Assembly (NCBI GenBank): GCA_048270185.1
Contig: JBLWTJ010000004.1
Coordinates: 64,001-128,000 of the forward strand
DNA: 64,000 nucleotides
Reading direction: 5' to 3'
DNA from: Bacteriovoracaceae bacterium
GTDB lineage: Bacteria > Bdellovibrionota > Bacteriovoracia > Bacteriovoracales > Bacteriovoracaceae
Numbering within the stretch: the first letter of the stretch is position 1; each line of letters begins with the position of its first letter. The notes beneath the pieces are model-generated. The model saw only the letters and a program-made list of their open reading frames with translations. It was not told the DNA's origin and did no database searches. The position numbers and the translations under genes were made by a program. Below are positions 47,724 to 58,810 of this stretch, one piece after another.

Positions 47724-49907
47724 TTATAAAGCTAAAATATAACCTAATAGTACTAAAATAATCATAACAATATAGAACTGGATCTTACCGTTTTGGATCG
47801 TTCTTAAGATAACGTTAAAGAAACGTACACTTGCTCCAGTTCCATCAACCATAATTGTATCGACAAATAAATTATCGAACCAAGCTGATACTCTCATAAC
47901 GAACTTCGTTACACCGGCCCAACCATCGATTGCAAATCTGTCATAGACACCCATATCAAACTTAGCAAGAAGGTTGTTAAACGGTAGAAGTCCTTTTTGA
48001 ATGAAACCTTTAATATAAAGATCATCCATAAAGTATTTATTTTGAAGAACTCTGTAGTAACGATTAAAAGCATTAACCCAGAACCCAGGATTCCATTTAC
48101 CCCATAGGTACATCATCATCGCAATGAATACACCAGAGAATGCAATCACAATCGACATACCAGCACCAATATAGTGAACTTGGTGTACATGGTGTGCTTC
48201 TTCTTCAGAAAGGCCATATGTTGAGTCATACTTTGACTTTGTGAAAGTACCTTTTTCACGAGCATCAATTTGCCCTAGTTCTTCACGTTTATAGTTTTCA
48301 AATTGACCTTTCTTTGGTTTTTGTACAAGAGTTTGGAACCACTCATACTTTCCATTAGTCTTATCAGCTACTTTTACGAAACCTTGACCAGTTAAAGATC
48401 CTGAGAACCATACACCAAGTGTAAAAACTGCAAGAATTAGAAGAGGTACGTTTCTGTTCCATGAAAGTTTTTCTTCATGACAGTGATCGTAAACTTCTTT
48501 ATCTCTTGGCTTCCCGTGGAAAGCTAAGAACATCATACGACACATATAGAATGCAGTAAGAAGTGCACCAGCAAATCCAAGTACAGCTGGAGCAATCATA
48601 ACTGGTGAGTGCATTGCTTCAATTAAGGCATCACCTAGAATTCTATCTTTAGATACGAATCCAGAGAAGAATGGGATACCAGCAATAGCAAGAGTACAAC
48701 ACCACATTGCAAACCAAGTGAATTTCATTTTATGTCTAAGACCACCCATTCTTGGCATCTCTTGTACGTGAGCATGCGTGTGGTGATCATGTAATGAGTG
48801 AATAACTGAACCTGCTGCTAGGAATAGACATGCCTTGAAAACAGCGTGTGTAATTAGGTGCATGAAAGCAGCATTATAAGATCCAACACCAATACCTAGA
48901 ACCATGTATCCTAGTTGAGAAATTGTTGAAAATGCTAGAACCGCTTTGAAGTCTGTTTGAACTAGAGCGATTGTTGCAGCACCGAAGGCAGTGATACCAC
49001 CGATATAAGCAACAACTGTTAGAAGTCCACCAGCATCAAGTAGTGGGTAAATTCTTAGTGAAAGATAAACACCGGCCGCAACCATTGTTGCTGCGTGGAT
49101 TAGGGCCGAACATGGAGTTGGACCATTCATGGCATCTGGTAGCCAAACGTTTAATGGGAACTGAGCTGATTTTCCAATTGTTCCCATGAAGATACAGAAA
49201 CCAGCAAAAGTAGCTAGTGGAATACCAATAACAGCTTTACCTACTAAACCACCTGCATCGATTGCATTATAAAGATCAACGAAGCTTACAGAACCAACAA
49301 CCGTCCAAAGAGCAACAATACCTAGTAAGAAGAAAACATCCCCTACTCTTGTTGTCATGAAGGCCTTAACGTTAGCTGCACCAGCAACTTCTTTCTCGTA
49401 GTAGTGACCAATTAGTGAGTATGAACAGAATCCCATGATCTCCCAGAAGATAAATACTGAAAGTAAGTTATCTGATAGTGCAAGACCAAGCATTGCTGAA
49501 GTAAAGAGTGACATATAAGTGAAGAAACGTCCGTTACGTCCGTAATTCATGTCATCTTTCATATAGTAAGTTGAGAAGATGTGGATCAGAGTAGCAACGG
49601 CCGTAACCATCATTACTAAGATTGCAGTCATGTTATCGATGTAAATACCCATCTTAACTGCGAACTCTTGACCTCCACCGTTTAGATCAAACCAAGTGAA
49701 TACTTTGTGAATGTGATAATTAGCTGCATACGTCCCGAAAACGAAGTCGCTAAAAATTCTCCATGCATAAACTGTAGAACCTGCAATTGCCGCACAACTT
49801 AACGTTACCGCTGTTCTCGTAAAACGTGACGCGATAAATGCGTTAATAACGAAAGCAAAGAATGGCAGTAAAACAATTGGAGCAATACTTGATATCGTAT
49901 AATCCAT
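47724..49907 (-). CDS. nuoL: NADH-quinone oxidoreductase subunit L
   Basis: FWEIMG, RVGD, GKSAQFPL, SALIHAATMV, HAVFKA and SKDRI motifs. Confidence 0.97.
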   Translation of the reverse strand: MDYTISSIAPIVLLPFFAFVINAFIASRFTRTAVTLSCAAIAGSTVYAWRIFSDFVFGTYAANYHIHKVFTWFDLNGGGQEFAVKMGIYIDNMTAILVMMVTAVATLIHIFSTYYMKDDMNYGRNGRFFTYMSLFTSAMLGLALSDNLLSVFIFWEIMGFCSYSLIGHYYEKEVAGAANVKAFMTTRVGDVFFLLGIVALWTVVGSVSFVDLYNAIDAGGLVGKAVIGIPLATFAGFCIFMGTIGKSAQFPLNVWLPDAMNGPTPCSALIHAATMVAAGVYLSLRIYPLLDAGGLLTVVAYIGGITAFGAATIALVQTDFKAVLAFSTISQLGYMVLGIGVGSYNAAFMHLITHAVFKACLFLAAGSVIHSLHDHHTHAHVQEMPRMGGLRHKMKFTWFAMWCCTLAIAGIPFFSGFVSKDRILGDALIEAMHSPVMIAPAVLGFAGALLTAFYMCRMMFLAFHGKPRDKEVYDHCHEEKLSWNRNVPLLILAVFTLGVWFSGSLTGQGFVKVADKTNGKYEWFQTLVQKPKKGQFENYKREELGQIDAREKGTFTKSKYDSTYGLSEEEAHHVHQVHYIGAGMSIVIAFSGVFIAMMMYLWGKWNPGFWVNAFNRYYRVLQNKYFMDDLYIKGFIQKGLLPFNNLLAKFDMGVYDRFAIDGWAGVTKFVMRVSAWFDNLFVDTIMVDGTGASVRFFNVILRTIQNGKIQFYIVMIILVLLGYILAL

Positions 49908-49929
49908 TTTCTTTCCTTATATAATTAAA

Positions 49930-50235
49930 TTAACTCTGTAATTCAGTTGCATCATCAATGTGAATCGAATCTTTAACTTGAAAGAATCTAATCACAATGG
50001 CTAAACCTACGGCCGCTTCAGCTGCGGCAATAATAATAATGAATAGTGACATAATATTTCCGTCAATATTCTGATTAACAAATCTTGTATAAGCAGCAAA
50101 GTTTAGAGCTGCTGCGTTTAAGATAAGTTCAACCCCTAAAAGGATCGCAATAATATTTTTTCTCGCCACCATAACTGCAATACCAGCTAGGAATAAGAAG
50201 AAAGATACTAAAAGGTAAGAAGATAAAGTGATCAT
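49930..50235 (-). CDS. nuoK: NADH-quinone oxidoreductase subunit K
   Basis: RKN, GVELILNA and AAAEAAVGLA motifs. Confidence 0.96.
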   Translation of the reverse strand: MITLSSYLLVSFFLFLAGIAVMVARKNIIAILLGVELILNAAALNFAAYTRFVNQNIDGNIMSLFIIIIAAAEAAVGLAIVIRFFQVKDSIHIDDATELQS

Positions 50236-50765
50236 TTATTTATTCTCCTTGGTCTAGAAATTACGGCTGCACCAACAAGTGCTCCAAGAAGAAGAATCGA
50301 AGAGATCTCAAATGCAAGAACATGGTCAGTAATTAGCTTCACACCAATTTCCTCTATCGTCGATTGCATATCTTCTAATTGTACGTGTTTTTGAATTTTT
50401 AAGATTGGAGCGAGAAGCTTCATTAGAATAAAACTCATAATCAGCATCATGATCGCTGCGATTGTATAAGTTTTTGTTGTTCCCATCGCTGCAACTTTCT
50501 TAATACCAAACTTGTTATAAGCTTGCTCGATTCCACCAGTTAACATGATGGCAAAAAGCATTAGGATAACAACACCACCAGCGTAAACAACTAATTGAGC
50601 TGCCGCTAAGAAGTCTGCACCTAAAGTTGCATATAAACCGGCCACTCCAAAAAGAGTAAGTAGCAGATAAATACATGAGTGCATTAAGTTTTTCGACACA
50701 GCTACTAGGAATGCTCCTATAACTGTTGCCGCTGCTGAAAGTAAAAACATTGTGTTAATAAACAT
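50232..50765 (-). CDS. nuoJ: NADH-quinone oxidoreductase subunit J
   Basis: QLVVYAGGV and FEISSILLL motifs. Confidence 0.95.
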   Translation of the reverse strand: MFINTMFLLSAAATVIGAFLVAVSKNLMHSCIYLLLTLFGVAGLYATLGADFLAAAQLVVYAGGVVILMLFAIMLTGGIEQAYNKFGIKKVAAMGTTKTYTIAAIMMLIMSFILMKLLAPILKIQKHVQLEDMQSTIEEIGVKLITDHVLAFEISSILLLGALVGAAVISRPRRINK

Positions 50766-50783
50766 TTCAAATATCCTTAAAGA

Positions 50784-51992
50784 TTAGTGTCCGCCCGCAC
50801 CTGCAGAAGCATGTGCGATAACATTTCCTAGTACTGACCAAATTGACTTAGTATCAAATACGTAAAGCCATACAGCACATCCAATTAAATTAAATAGTGC
50901 AATAGGAGTTAAGTACTTCCAACAAAGAACCATTAATGAGTCAACTCTCATTCTTGGAAGTGTCCACCTAATCCAAATAACTACATAATAAAGAAGTAGT
51001 GTCTTTGTAAGGAAAGATCCTAATTGTAGGAAGTTTCCAATTTGTTTTCCAATCATAGGGTGAGCAGATGGAATTAGCTTTGTAACAAATTCACCTGTTC
51101 CAAGTCCGAAAGGAACTTGATATCCACCTAGGAATAAAGCAGCACAAACACCACAAACAACAAATACTTCAATATATTCTGCAAGAGCGAAGAAACCAAA
51201 CTTCATTCCTGTATATTCTGTGTGGTAACCAGAAACTAGTTCCGACTCAGCTTCAGGAAGGTCAAATGGTGCTCTGTTTGTTTCAGCAAGTGCTCCAATA
51301 AATAGAACGAAGAAACCAATGAAAGCAAATGGGTTGTGAAGAACAAACCACTGGTGAGGTAGACCACCTTGAGCTTCTGTAATTGTTTTAAATGAAAGAG
51401 AACCCGTCATGATTACAATTGCAAGAATTGATAATGTTACAGGAACTTCATAAGAGATAATCTGAGATGCACCCCTCATACCACCAAGCATTGACCACTT
51501 AGAGTTTGAAGCATAACCACCTAGGAAAATTCCTACACCTACTAATGATGAAACACCTAGTAAGTAGAAAACACCAATATTAAGGTGAGTAAGAGTAAAT
51601 CCACTTGAGAAAGGTACGACAGCAATTGACATGAACACACCACCAAGCGCTAAGAAAGGCGCAAGGTTAAACATGAATCTGTCCGCTTGTCTTGGTACAA
51701 CGTCTTCCTTAAGAATCATCTTCACACCATCAGCTAGGAATTGAAGAAGTCCATAAGGTCCAACTCTGTTTGGTCCCTGTCTCATCTGTAGGTCGGCAGA
51801 TATTTTTCTTTCTGCGTACGTACCTAAACCACCAACTGCAGAAAGAGCACCAATGATGATTAATGAGAAAACTAAGAAGATTAAAAAAGTAACGATACCT
51901 GTTGCATCAGTGCCTAATAAATTCGACAGTGCATCCACTGCCATTGAAAAGCCTGGTGCTTGTGATAAATACGATACAATCGTTGAGTTCAT
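50784..51992 (-). CDS. nuoH: NADH-quinone oxidoreductase subunit H
   Basis: ERK, RQGPNRVG, ADGVK, SYEV, ETNRAPFDLPEAESELV and PRMR motifs. Confidence 0.97.
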   Translation of the reverse strand: MNSTIVSYLSQAPGFSMAVDALSNLLGTDATGIVTFLIFLVFSLIIIGALSAVGGLGTYAERKISADLQMRQGPNRVGPYGLLQFLADGVKMILKEDVVPRQADRFMFNLAPFLALGGVFMSIAVVPFSSGFTLTHLNIGVFYLLGVSSLVGVGIFLGGYASNSKWSMLGGMRGASQIISYEVPVTLSILAIVIMTGSLSFKTITEAQGGLPHQWFVLHNPFAFIGFFVLFIGALAETNRAPFDLPEAESELVSGYHTEYTGMKFGFFALAEYIEVFVVCGVCAALFLGGYQVPFGLGTGEFVTKLIPSAHPMIGKQIGNFLQLGSFLTKTLLLYYVVIWIRWTLPRMRVDSLMVLCWKYLTPIALFNLIGCAVWLYVFDTKSIWSVLGNVIAHASAGAGGH

Positions 51993-52408
51993 TATTTATC
52001 CTTTCCATTTGTATTTGGTTGGAAACTTTTAACCCAATCAAGGTCACCTTTTTTCCAGCAATAAACTAAACCTAAACTAAGAATGATGATGAACATTAGA
52101 AGTGATCCAAGAACTGCACCACCCTGTCCCATTTCGACAAATCTTCTGTAAACACTTGCCACAGGGAACATTAAAGCACCTTCAACATCAAAGATTAAAA
52201 ATACAAGAGCAATAACGTAGAAACGTACGTTAAAGTTAGACCATGCTGTACCAGTTGGCTCTTCACCACACTCGTAAGGAGTGAGTTTAAGTTCAGTTGG
52301 ATTATTTGGTCTAATAAAACTACCAATAAATAACGTACCAACAAAAGCAACCGCTGCTACAACCAATAAAATTAATACCGGCATATAGACGTCAAAGTTT
52401 TGCGACAT
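51992..52408 (-). CDS. nuoA: NADH-quinone oxidoreductase subunit A
   Basis: PYECG, FLIFDVE and WKKGDLDW motifs. Confidence 0.96.
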   Translation of the reverse strand: MSQNFDVYMPVLILLVVAAVAFVGTLFIGSFIRPNNPTELKLTPYECGEEPTGTAWSNFNVRFYVIALVFLIFDVEGALMFPVASVYRRFVEMGQGGAVLGSLLMFIIILSLGLVYCWKKGDLDWVKSFQPNTNGKDK

Positions 52409-52574
52409 CGATTTCTCTCCATGTATAAGTAAAGTAAGTTCCCAAATATTACACGATTACTAGCACTTTGGAAATAAATTGGCCCTCTTTTTTTGTGTAA
52501 TATCTTCTATTTAGTAACGCATGGGCCAATGCATAAATTCTTTTTTTGAAAAGTTAATTGTGTTAAAAAACATC

Positions 52575-55500
52575 ATGGATTTATTTACACCACTGCGCAC
52601 AAAACTAAACACATGGCTAGACTCAAGGCAACACGACCTTACCATCGACGGTATAAATAGGGAGCACTGGGCATTTATCAAGTTTTTATTTGAGCGAGAT
52701 AACTCGCAAAACCAACTATCGAATTTGTTGATTTTTGAAAATTATGATCAAGCAGAGCAGTTTTATGAAATCCTCAAATCCAGCTTCTCGAAAACAAAAC
52801 TTGTTTTCTACCCTGGACTAGATGCGTCACCATATTCTGGTATGTATGCGTCAGAAAGTGCACAACTTGCCCGACACGCAGCACTAGAAAGGATAACTCA
52901 ACTAAATAATGAAACAGTTAACAAAAATATATTTGTCGTAACTTCCATCGACTCGTTGGCACTAAAAGTTCCGCCATCAAAATTTTTTACAGAAACTCGC
53001 TTCAAGATTTCAGAGTCAGATATAATTTCTCCTGATGAGCTTGCTGGAAAATTAGTTCAGCTTGGCTATTCTTCTTCATTCACTGTTGAGGAACAAGCAA
53101 CCTTTTCTAAAAAAGGTGAAATCTTTGATATCTATCCTGTTGGTCATCATCCTATACGTATTCATTATTTTGATGAAATGATTGAAGAAATTTATGAAAT
53201 CGACAAAGAAACTTTAAAAACAATTAAGGCCAATAAAATTGAAAGCCTTACCATCGCGCCAGGTCCGACAATTTTCTGTGCTTCTGAATATGCCAATAAT
53301 TTAAGAAATCATCTGCCACGACCAAGGGCCAATCAAAGAGATTTACTCGAAGCTAGAAATGATATTTTCTCCAAACTTTCAAGTGGAATGCTTTTTGAAA
53401 ATTATCCAGTTTATACACCTCTATTTTTTAAAGAAGATGAAGCTCAAACTCTCTTTGATTATATTGATGATAAATGGAGTATCACAATTTTTGATCGTGA
53501 TAATACTGAGGATAACCTATCTAACTACTTTGATGAACTTGTCAGTGAATTTGAAGATTGTGAAGAACTTATTCCTGAACCAAAATATTTCTATGACTTA
53601 TCAACATTAGATAAGCTTAAAGAAAAGCCAATTCTTAATCTTAACCACTTAAATATAAGTGCTAATCTCGATCACGATGCATCGATAGTTGATTTGAACC
53701 TAAGACCATTCAAAGGATATATTTCAAATTTTGATATCAATTACCATATTAAAAAAGAATTTCTATCAGGACTCTTTAAACATATTCAAACTGAATTTAA
53801 GTATTCAGGAAAGATCATTTTCACTACTCAAAATGAAAACTCTAAGAAAGAAATTGATCACCTTATTGAGACATTTGAAGTTGATGGTGAAATTAAAAAA
53901 AGAATTGAATTCATACCTTTTAAACTAAGTGAAGGATTCTACTACCCAAGTGACAAACTTCTCATCGTTTCAGATAGTGATCTTTTTTCAATTAGACGTG
54001 ATAAGGCCAAGGTTTCAAAAATCCACGACTATGACCTTTTTGCAGAACAGTTAGCTTCCCTAAAAGAAGGCGACTACGTCATTCACTCAAAACATGGAAT
54101 TGGAAAATATCTTGGTCTTGAGGCAATGGATATTGGTGGTTCAAAAACAGATTACTTAGTCATTCTTTATAAAGGTAACGATAAAGTCTTCGTACCTATT
54201 TATAAGATGAATCTCATACAAAAGCATGCAGGCAGTGAGACGACTGTTGCAGTTGATAGTTTAAGAACAAATAAATTCTCGGCCTTAACTGCAAGAGCAA
54301 GAGAGTCTGTAAAGAAGTTAGCTTTTGACCTATTAAAGCTACAAGCAGAAAGAGCATCCACACCGGCCTTTGCATTCTCACCTCCAGATCACGACTATAA
54401 AGAGTTTGAATTATCATTTCCATTTAATGAAACTCCAGATCAAAAGAATGCCATTGATTCAGTTATTGATAAGATGCAATCGACTGCGGCCATGGACTTC
54501 TTAGTATGTGGAGATGTTGGTTTCGGGAAAACTGAAGTTGCGATGCGTGCTGCATTTAAAGCTGTCCTTGATGGTAAGCAAGTTGCAGTTCTCGTTCCTA
54601 CAACAGTTCTTGCTCTTCAACATTTTAATAGTTTTGTTAAACGCTTTGAGAAATTTCCTGTTCGTCTTGATTACCTCTCACGTTTTAAATCAGGAAAAGA
54701 GGAAAAAGAAACAAAAGAGAAACTTGAAAAAGGTGAAATTGATATTATCGTCGGTACACATAAACTCCTAGGAAAGACGATTAAGTTTAAAGATCTAGGT
54801 CTTGTTGTTGTTGATGAAGAACAACGCTTTGGTGTTGCTCATAAGAATAAACTTAAGCTTTTAAAATCATCCGTGGATTTTTTAACTTTAACTGCGACAC
54901 CTATTCCAAGAACCCTTCAACTTTCATTCTTAGGTTTAAAGGATCTTGCTCTAATTAAGACAGCTCCACCAAGAAGACAAAGTATTAAAACATATGTCAT
55001 CAAAGAAGATGATCACACTATTCAAGCGGCCATTAACCGTGAACTTAAACGTGGAGGACAAGTTTTCATTGTTCATAATCGCGTTCAAGATATTGAAGAA
55101 TATACTGCTTATATTCGCGAGCTGGCTCCAGAGGCAAAGATTGTCTACGCCCACGGACAGCTACCAGAGAAAGAATTAGAATCAAGAATTTCGGCATTCT
55201 ACAATGGAGCTTACCAAATTCTAATTTCCACGACGATCATTGAATCAGGAATAGATATACCAAACGCTAACACGATGATTGTCGATCGTGCTGATCGCTA
55301 CGGTTTGGCCCAACTTCACCAATTACGCGGGCGTATTGGACGTTCAGACAAGAAAGCATACTGTTACTTCGTGGTTCCAGGAAATCGAAATATTTCTGAA
55401 ATCGCGGCCAAGAGGCTCAAGGCCCTCCAAACATATGCGGACATGGGAAGCGGTTTTCAGATTGCAAATTGTGACCTTGAAATTCGTGGTGCAGGAGATA

Positions 55501-56066
55501 TATTAGGGGCCCATCAATCAGGGCATATTGAGGCCATTGGGCTTGAACTTTATATGGAGCTTTTAACGGAGGCCATTCAGGAGCTTCGTGGTGAAAAGAA
55601 AGTTCTTTCAAAAGATATTGAGATCAACACGCCATTTGCAGCCTTTATTCCAGCACATTTTATTAGTGAATCAAGTGAGCGTTTAAAATATTACAAGCAA
55701 TTATCAAACTCAAAATCGATTGAAGATATCACAGCACTTAAAGAGACGATCTTTGATATTTACGGCCCTGGTCCGGATGAGTTCAATCAGCTTATCGCAA
55801 TTCTTGAAGCACGTTCATATCTTATGCCTTGTGGTGTACGTTCAGCAAAGTTAATTGATAACACCATCATTTTTCAATTTGATGAGAATATGATGAGTAA
55901 GAATGAGGAGCTTCGAAATAATATCCTTAATAACTTCCTTACAATGACAAGAAAGTATCGTTTCACCCCAGATTACAAACTAATCTACACGCATAAGACG
56001 ACGATATCTCCGAGTTCTTTAGTCGAGTTCTGTCAGGAAATTGCGGAAAAAATAGTTCCATCTTAG
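52575..56066 (+). CDS. mfd: Transcription-repair coupling factor (start may be 52521)
   Basis: HGIGKY, CGDVGFGKTE, DEEQRFG, TATPIPRT, QLRGRIGR and DLEIRGAG motifs. Confidence 0.96.
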   Translation: MDLFTPLRTKLNTWLDSRQHDLTIDGINREHWAFIKFLFERDNSQNQLSNLLIFENYDQAEQFYEILKSSFSKTKLVFYPGLDASPYSGMYASESAQLARHAALERITQLNNETVNKNIFVVTSIDSLALKVPPSKFFTETRFKISESDIISPDELAGKLVQLGYSSSFTVEEQATFSKKGEIFDIYPVGHHPIRIHYFDEMIEEIYEIDKETLKTIKANKIESLTIAPGPTIFCASEYANNLRNHLPRPRANQRDLLEARNDIFSKLSSGMLFENYPVYTPLFFKEDEAQTLFDYIDDKWSITIFDRDNTEDNLSNYFDELVSEFEDCEELIPEPKYFYDLSTLDKLKEKPILNLNHLNISANLDHDASIVDLNLRPFKGYISNFDINYHIKKEFLSGLFKHIQTEFKYSGKIIFTTQNENSKKEIDHLIETFEVDGEIKKRIEFIPFKLSEGFYYPSDKLLIVSDSDLFSIRRDKAKVSKIHDYDLFAEQLASLKEGDYVIHSKHGIGKYLGLEAMDIGGSKTDYLVILYKGNDKVFVPIYKMNLIQKHAGSETTVAVDSLRTNKFSALTARARESVKKLAFDLLKLQAERASTPAFAFSPPDHDYKEFELSFPFNETPDQKNAIDSVIDKMQSTAAMDFLVCGDVGFGKTEVAMRAAFKAVLDGKQVAVLVPTTVLALQHFNSFVKRFEKFPVRLDYLSRFKSGKEEKETKEKLEKGEIDIIVGTHKLLGKTIKFKDLGLVVVDEEQRFGVAHKNKLKLLKSSVDFLTLTATPIPRTLQLSFLGLKDLALIKTAPPRRQSIKTYVIKEDDHTIQAAINRELKRGGQVFIVHNRVQDIEEYTAYIRELAPEAKIVYAHGQLPEKELESRISAFYNGAYQILISTTIIESGIDIPNANTMIVDRADRYGLAQLHQLRGRIGRSDKKAYCYFVVPGNRNISEIAAKRLKALQTYADMGSGFQIANCDLEIRGAGDILGAHQSGHIEAIGLELYMELLTEAIQELRGEKKVLSKDIEINTPFAAFIPAHFISESSERLKYYKQLSNSKSIEDITALKETIFDIYGPGPDEFNQLIAILEARSYLMPCGVRSAKLIDNTIIFQFDENMMSKNEELRNNILNNFLTMTRKYRFTPDYKLIYTHKTTISPSSLVEFCQEIAEKIVPS

Positions 56067-56149
56067 TGAAATTTATAAGTTTTCTATAAATTTTGGTACA
56101 ATATTCTAAAGTGAGAATTAAATTTCAATAATTTGAAAAGGATATAATT

Positions 56150-56956
56150 ATGTACGCTAAACTCATTTTAGTCTTACTAGTTGCCCTAGCAACACAAGCA
56201 GCGCCTAAAAAAATCGTTGCAACAGTTAATGGTACCAATATTACGAAGGACGAGTTGGATCAAGCCTACCTTCTTAATAAGTACGTTGTGACTAATGATC
56301 CAGTAACAATGAAAACAGTACTAACTGATCTTATTAATAAAAAACTTGGTATTGCTAAAGCAGAAAAGAACAAGCTCGCTAGCGACCCAGTTGTAAAAAG
56401 TAAACTTGATGAAGTTCTCTTCAATGCTCAAGTATCAAAAGATCTTGAAGGTGAATTTAAAAAGATTAAAGTAACGGATTCAGACGTTCAAAAATTTTAC
56501 AATGAATTTCCAGAGTATCGTACAGCTCATATCTTACTGAGAATGAGAGTTGCACCATCTCAAAATGAAGTTGAAGCTGCACAAAAGAAGATTTTTGAAA
56601 TTCATTCACAACTAGAAAAAGAGCCAAATAAATTTGCCGAACTTGCTGATAAGTACTCTCAATCACCAAATGCTCACACAGGTGGAGATGTTGGTTACCA
56701 AGCAGCATTTTTCATGGCACCAGAGTATTTTGCTGCTGTTAAGGGTCAAAAAGCTGGGCATATAACTCGTCCCGTTAGAACTCAACTTGGTTGGCATGTC
56801 ATCAAAGTACTAGGTGTAAAGAAGTTTGATGAAATCAATATGGGCGCCTACAAGAAGTTTGTTTACGACAGAAAACGTGATCAAATAATTGATAAGTATT
56901 TTGAGAACTTACGCAAGAGCGCAAAGATCAAAATTCTTGATAAGAATCTACAGTAA
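56150..56956 (+). CDS. PrsA/PpiC-type parvulin peptidyl-prolyl isomerase
   Basis: Signal peptide; AHIL, FAELADKYS, GGDVG and TQLGWHVIK motifs. Confidence 0.9.
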   Translation: MYAKLILVLLVALATQAAPKKIVATVNGTNITKDELDQAYLLNKYVVTNDPVTMKTVLTDLINKKLGIAKAEKNKLASDPVVKSKLDEVLFNAQVSKDLEGEFKKIKVTDSDVQKFYNEFPEYRTAHILLRMRVAPSQNEVEAAQKKIFEIHSQLEKEPNKFAELADKYSQSPNAHTGGDVGYQAAFFMAPEYFAAVKGQKAGHITRPVRTQLGWHVIKVLGVKKFDEINMGAYKKFVYDRKRDQIIDKYFENLRKSAKIKILDKNLQ

Positions 56957-57040
56957 AAAAGCTCAAATAATTTGCACAAGCCTTGTGGGCGCGATAAATT
57001 ATTGTTCACTATAAACTATAGCTAGAACGATAATTTAGAG

Positions 57041-57958
57041 GTGTTCATGAGGCTTTTTCTATTTGCGGCCATTTTAATTTCAACAATTTCAATTCAGGCC
57101 AAATTACTAGATAAAATCAATGCTGTTGTTGATGAGCATATCATCACAAACTCAATGGTTTCTCGAGTGAAGAAATCTCTCCCTATTCGTCAAAATATTT
57201 CTCCTTTCATTTACAAGAAAGATCTTAAATACACTGAAAAGGAAATTTCAGAGTTATTCATTAGAAAATATATTATCCGAGCAACACTTGCTGAACAAGG
57301 TTATGTCATTTCAGATGAAACTGTTGAAAAAGAAATTAAAAGAAAAGAGCAACGTCTAGGTCTAAGCCGAAAAGATCTAATCGCTTTTCTAAAAAAGAAT
57401 AACACAAACTTTGAAGAGTTCTTTGAGCTTAACAAAGAGGCCATCGAATTTAATCATTTCAACTCTGTTGTTATCATCCCTTTGATTTCAGTCAGTGAAC
57501 AAGAAATTAAAAATGAATTCTTTAAAGAGAATCTAAATAATAAGACTGTTTCATATCGCTATACACTTGTGGATTTTTCAATCGATAGTGCAAAAGTTCC
57601 TAAGAGCAAGTATAAGCATTTTAAAGCGGCCCTAGAATCATTTCAAAAAGGTGGACCTCTACCAAGTCAATATTCTTCAATTGAAACATCAACTCTTGGG
57701 GATATCACAGCTGATGGACTAACAAAGCAACTCCAACAACTTCTTAACAAAACACAAGAAGGTGAATTTACACAACCTATTGAGATGATGGGTGCGACAC
57801 ATAGTTTCTTTGTTAAAACGAGAGATGTTGTTGAATCGACTTTATTTCAAAATTCAAAGAATCAAATACGTGCAAAACTTTATGAAGAAAAAGCTAAGGA
57901 AGTTACGCAAATGTGGTTTGAGCGTGAAAAGCAAAATCACTACGTAAAAATGTACTAA
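57041..57958 (+). CDS. surA: SurA-like periplasmic chaperone
   Basis: LLDKINAVVDEHIIT N-domain; degenerate parvulin; upstream of pdxA. Confidence 0.75.
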   Translation: MFMRLFLFAAILISTISIQAKLLDKINAVVDEHIITNSMVSRVKKSLPIRQNISPFIYKKDLKYTEKEISELFIRKYIIRATLAEQGYVISDETVEKEIKRKEQRLGLSRKDLIAFLKKNNTNFEEFFELNKEAIEFNHFNSVVIIPLISVSEQEIKNEFFKENLNNKTVSYRYTLVDFSIDSAKVPKSKYKHFKAALESFQKGGPLPSQYSSIETSTLGDITADGLTKQLQQLLNKTQEGEFTQPIEMMGATHSFFVKTRDVVESTLFQNSKNQIRAKLYEEKAKEVTQMWFEREKQNHYVKMY

Positions 57959-58806
57959 TGATTTATGTTACGGCCGGACACGAAAGAGGAATAGGACTCG
58001 AGGTTTTCTTAAAAGCCTACGGACTTCTTTCATCTGGCCAACAATCTAAGTTTCATCTTTTTGTCGGTGAAGAGTTTGAGAAACTACTTCCACAAAATCT
58101 AAAATACACACTTGTTAAAAAGCCATATTCACATAATGCCCTTGAGCAAGCCTGTGATATTTGTAAGACTGACGATATTCTCGTCACTATGCCAACGACC
58201 AAAGATGAACTTTTCTTCGAAGACAAGAAGGTTTCGGGCCATACTGAGTATTTTAGAAAGCGCTACGATAATGATAATATCGTTATGTTCTTCAAATCTT
58301 ATGAGGCCAATGTTCTGCTCATAACGGATCACATTCCTCTTAAAGAAGTTCCCCTAAGAATAAATGCTGAACTTATTCACGATAAAGTTAAGATTTGTGT
58401 GGATAATTATACAAAATACTTTGGTGAACTTTCTCAAATCATTATAAGTGGTATTAATCCACACGCCGGGGAAGGTGGCATATTAGGTAGTGAAGAAAGT
58501 GTCATTACAGAGGCCATTGAAAATTTAAAAGTTAAGCAAGATGTAAGTGGTCCTCTACCGGCAGATGGCCTATTCTTAAATAATAGTTTCAGACATGATC
58601 ACCTCTATGTCTATATGTACCATGATCAAGGACTTGCTCCATTTAAGACATTATTCAAGTCAAAAGGGGCCAATATAACTTTTGGTCTTCCCTTTTTAAG
58701 AATTAGTGTTGATCACGGGACGGCCTTTGATCTATATGGTAAAGATTGTGCAAATTACATGGGTGCTTTCTATGTTTTAAAGATGGCCCTAAAAACTCAT
58801 AGGTAA
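57958..58806 (+). CDS. pdxA: 4-hydroxythreonine-4-phosphate dehydrogenase (short form)
   Basis: GHTE, TDHIPL, INPHAGE, MYHDQG and SVDHGTAF motifs. Confidence 0.92.
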   Translation: MIYVTAGHERGIGLEVFLKAYGLLSSGQQSKFHLFVGEEFEKLLPQNLKYTLVKKPYSHNALEQACDICKTDDILVTMPTTKDELFFEDKKVSGHTEYFRKRYDNDNIVMFFKSYEANVLLITDHIPLKEVPLRINAELIHDKVKICVDNYTKYFGELSQIIISGINPHAGEGGILGSEESVITEAIENLKVKQDVSGPLPADGLFLNNSFRHDHLYVYMYHDQGLAPFKTLFKSKGANITFGLPFLRISVDHGTAFDLYGKDCANYMGAFYVLKMALKTHR

Positions 58807-58810
58807 AACC

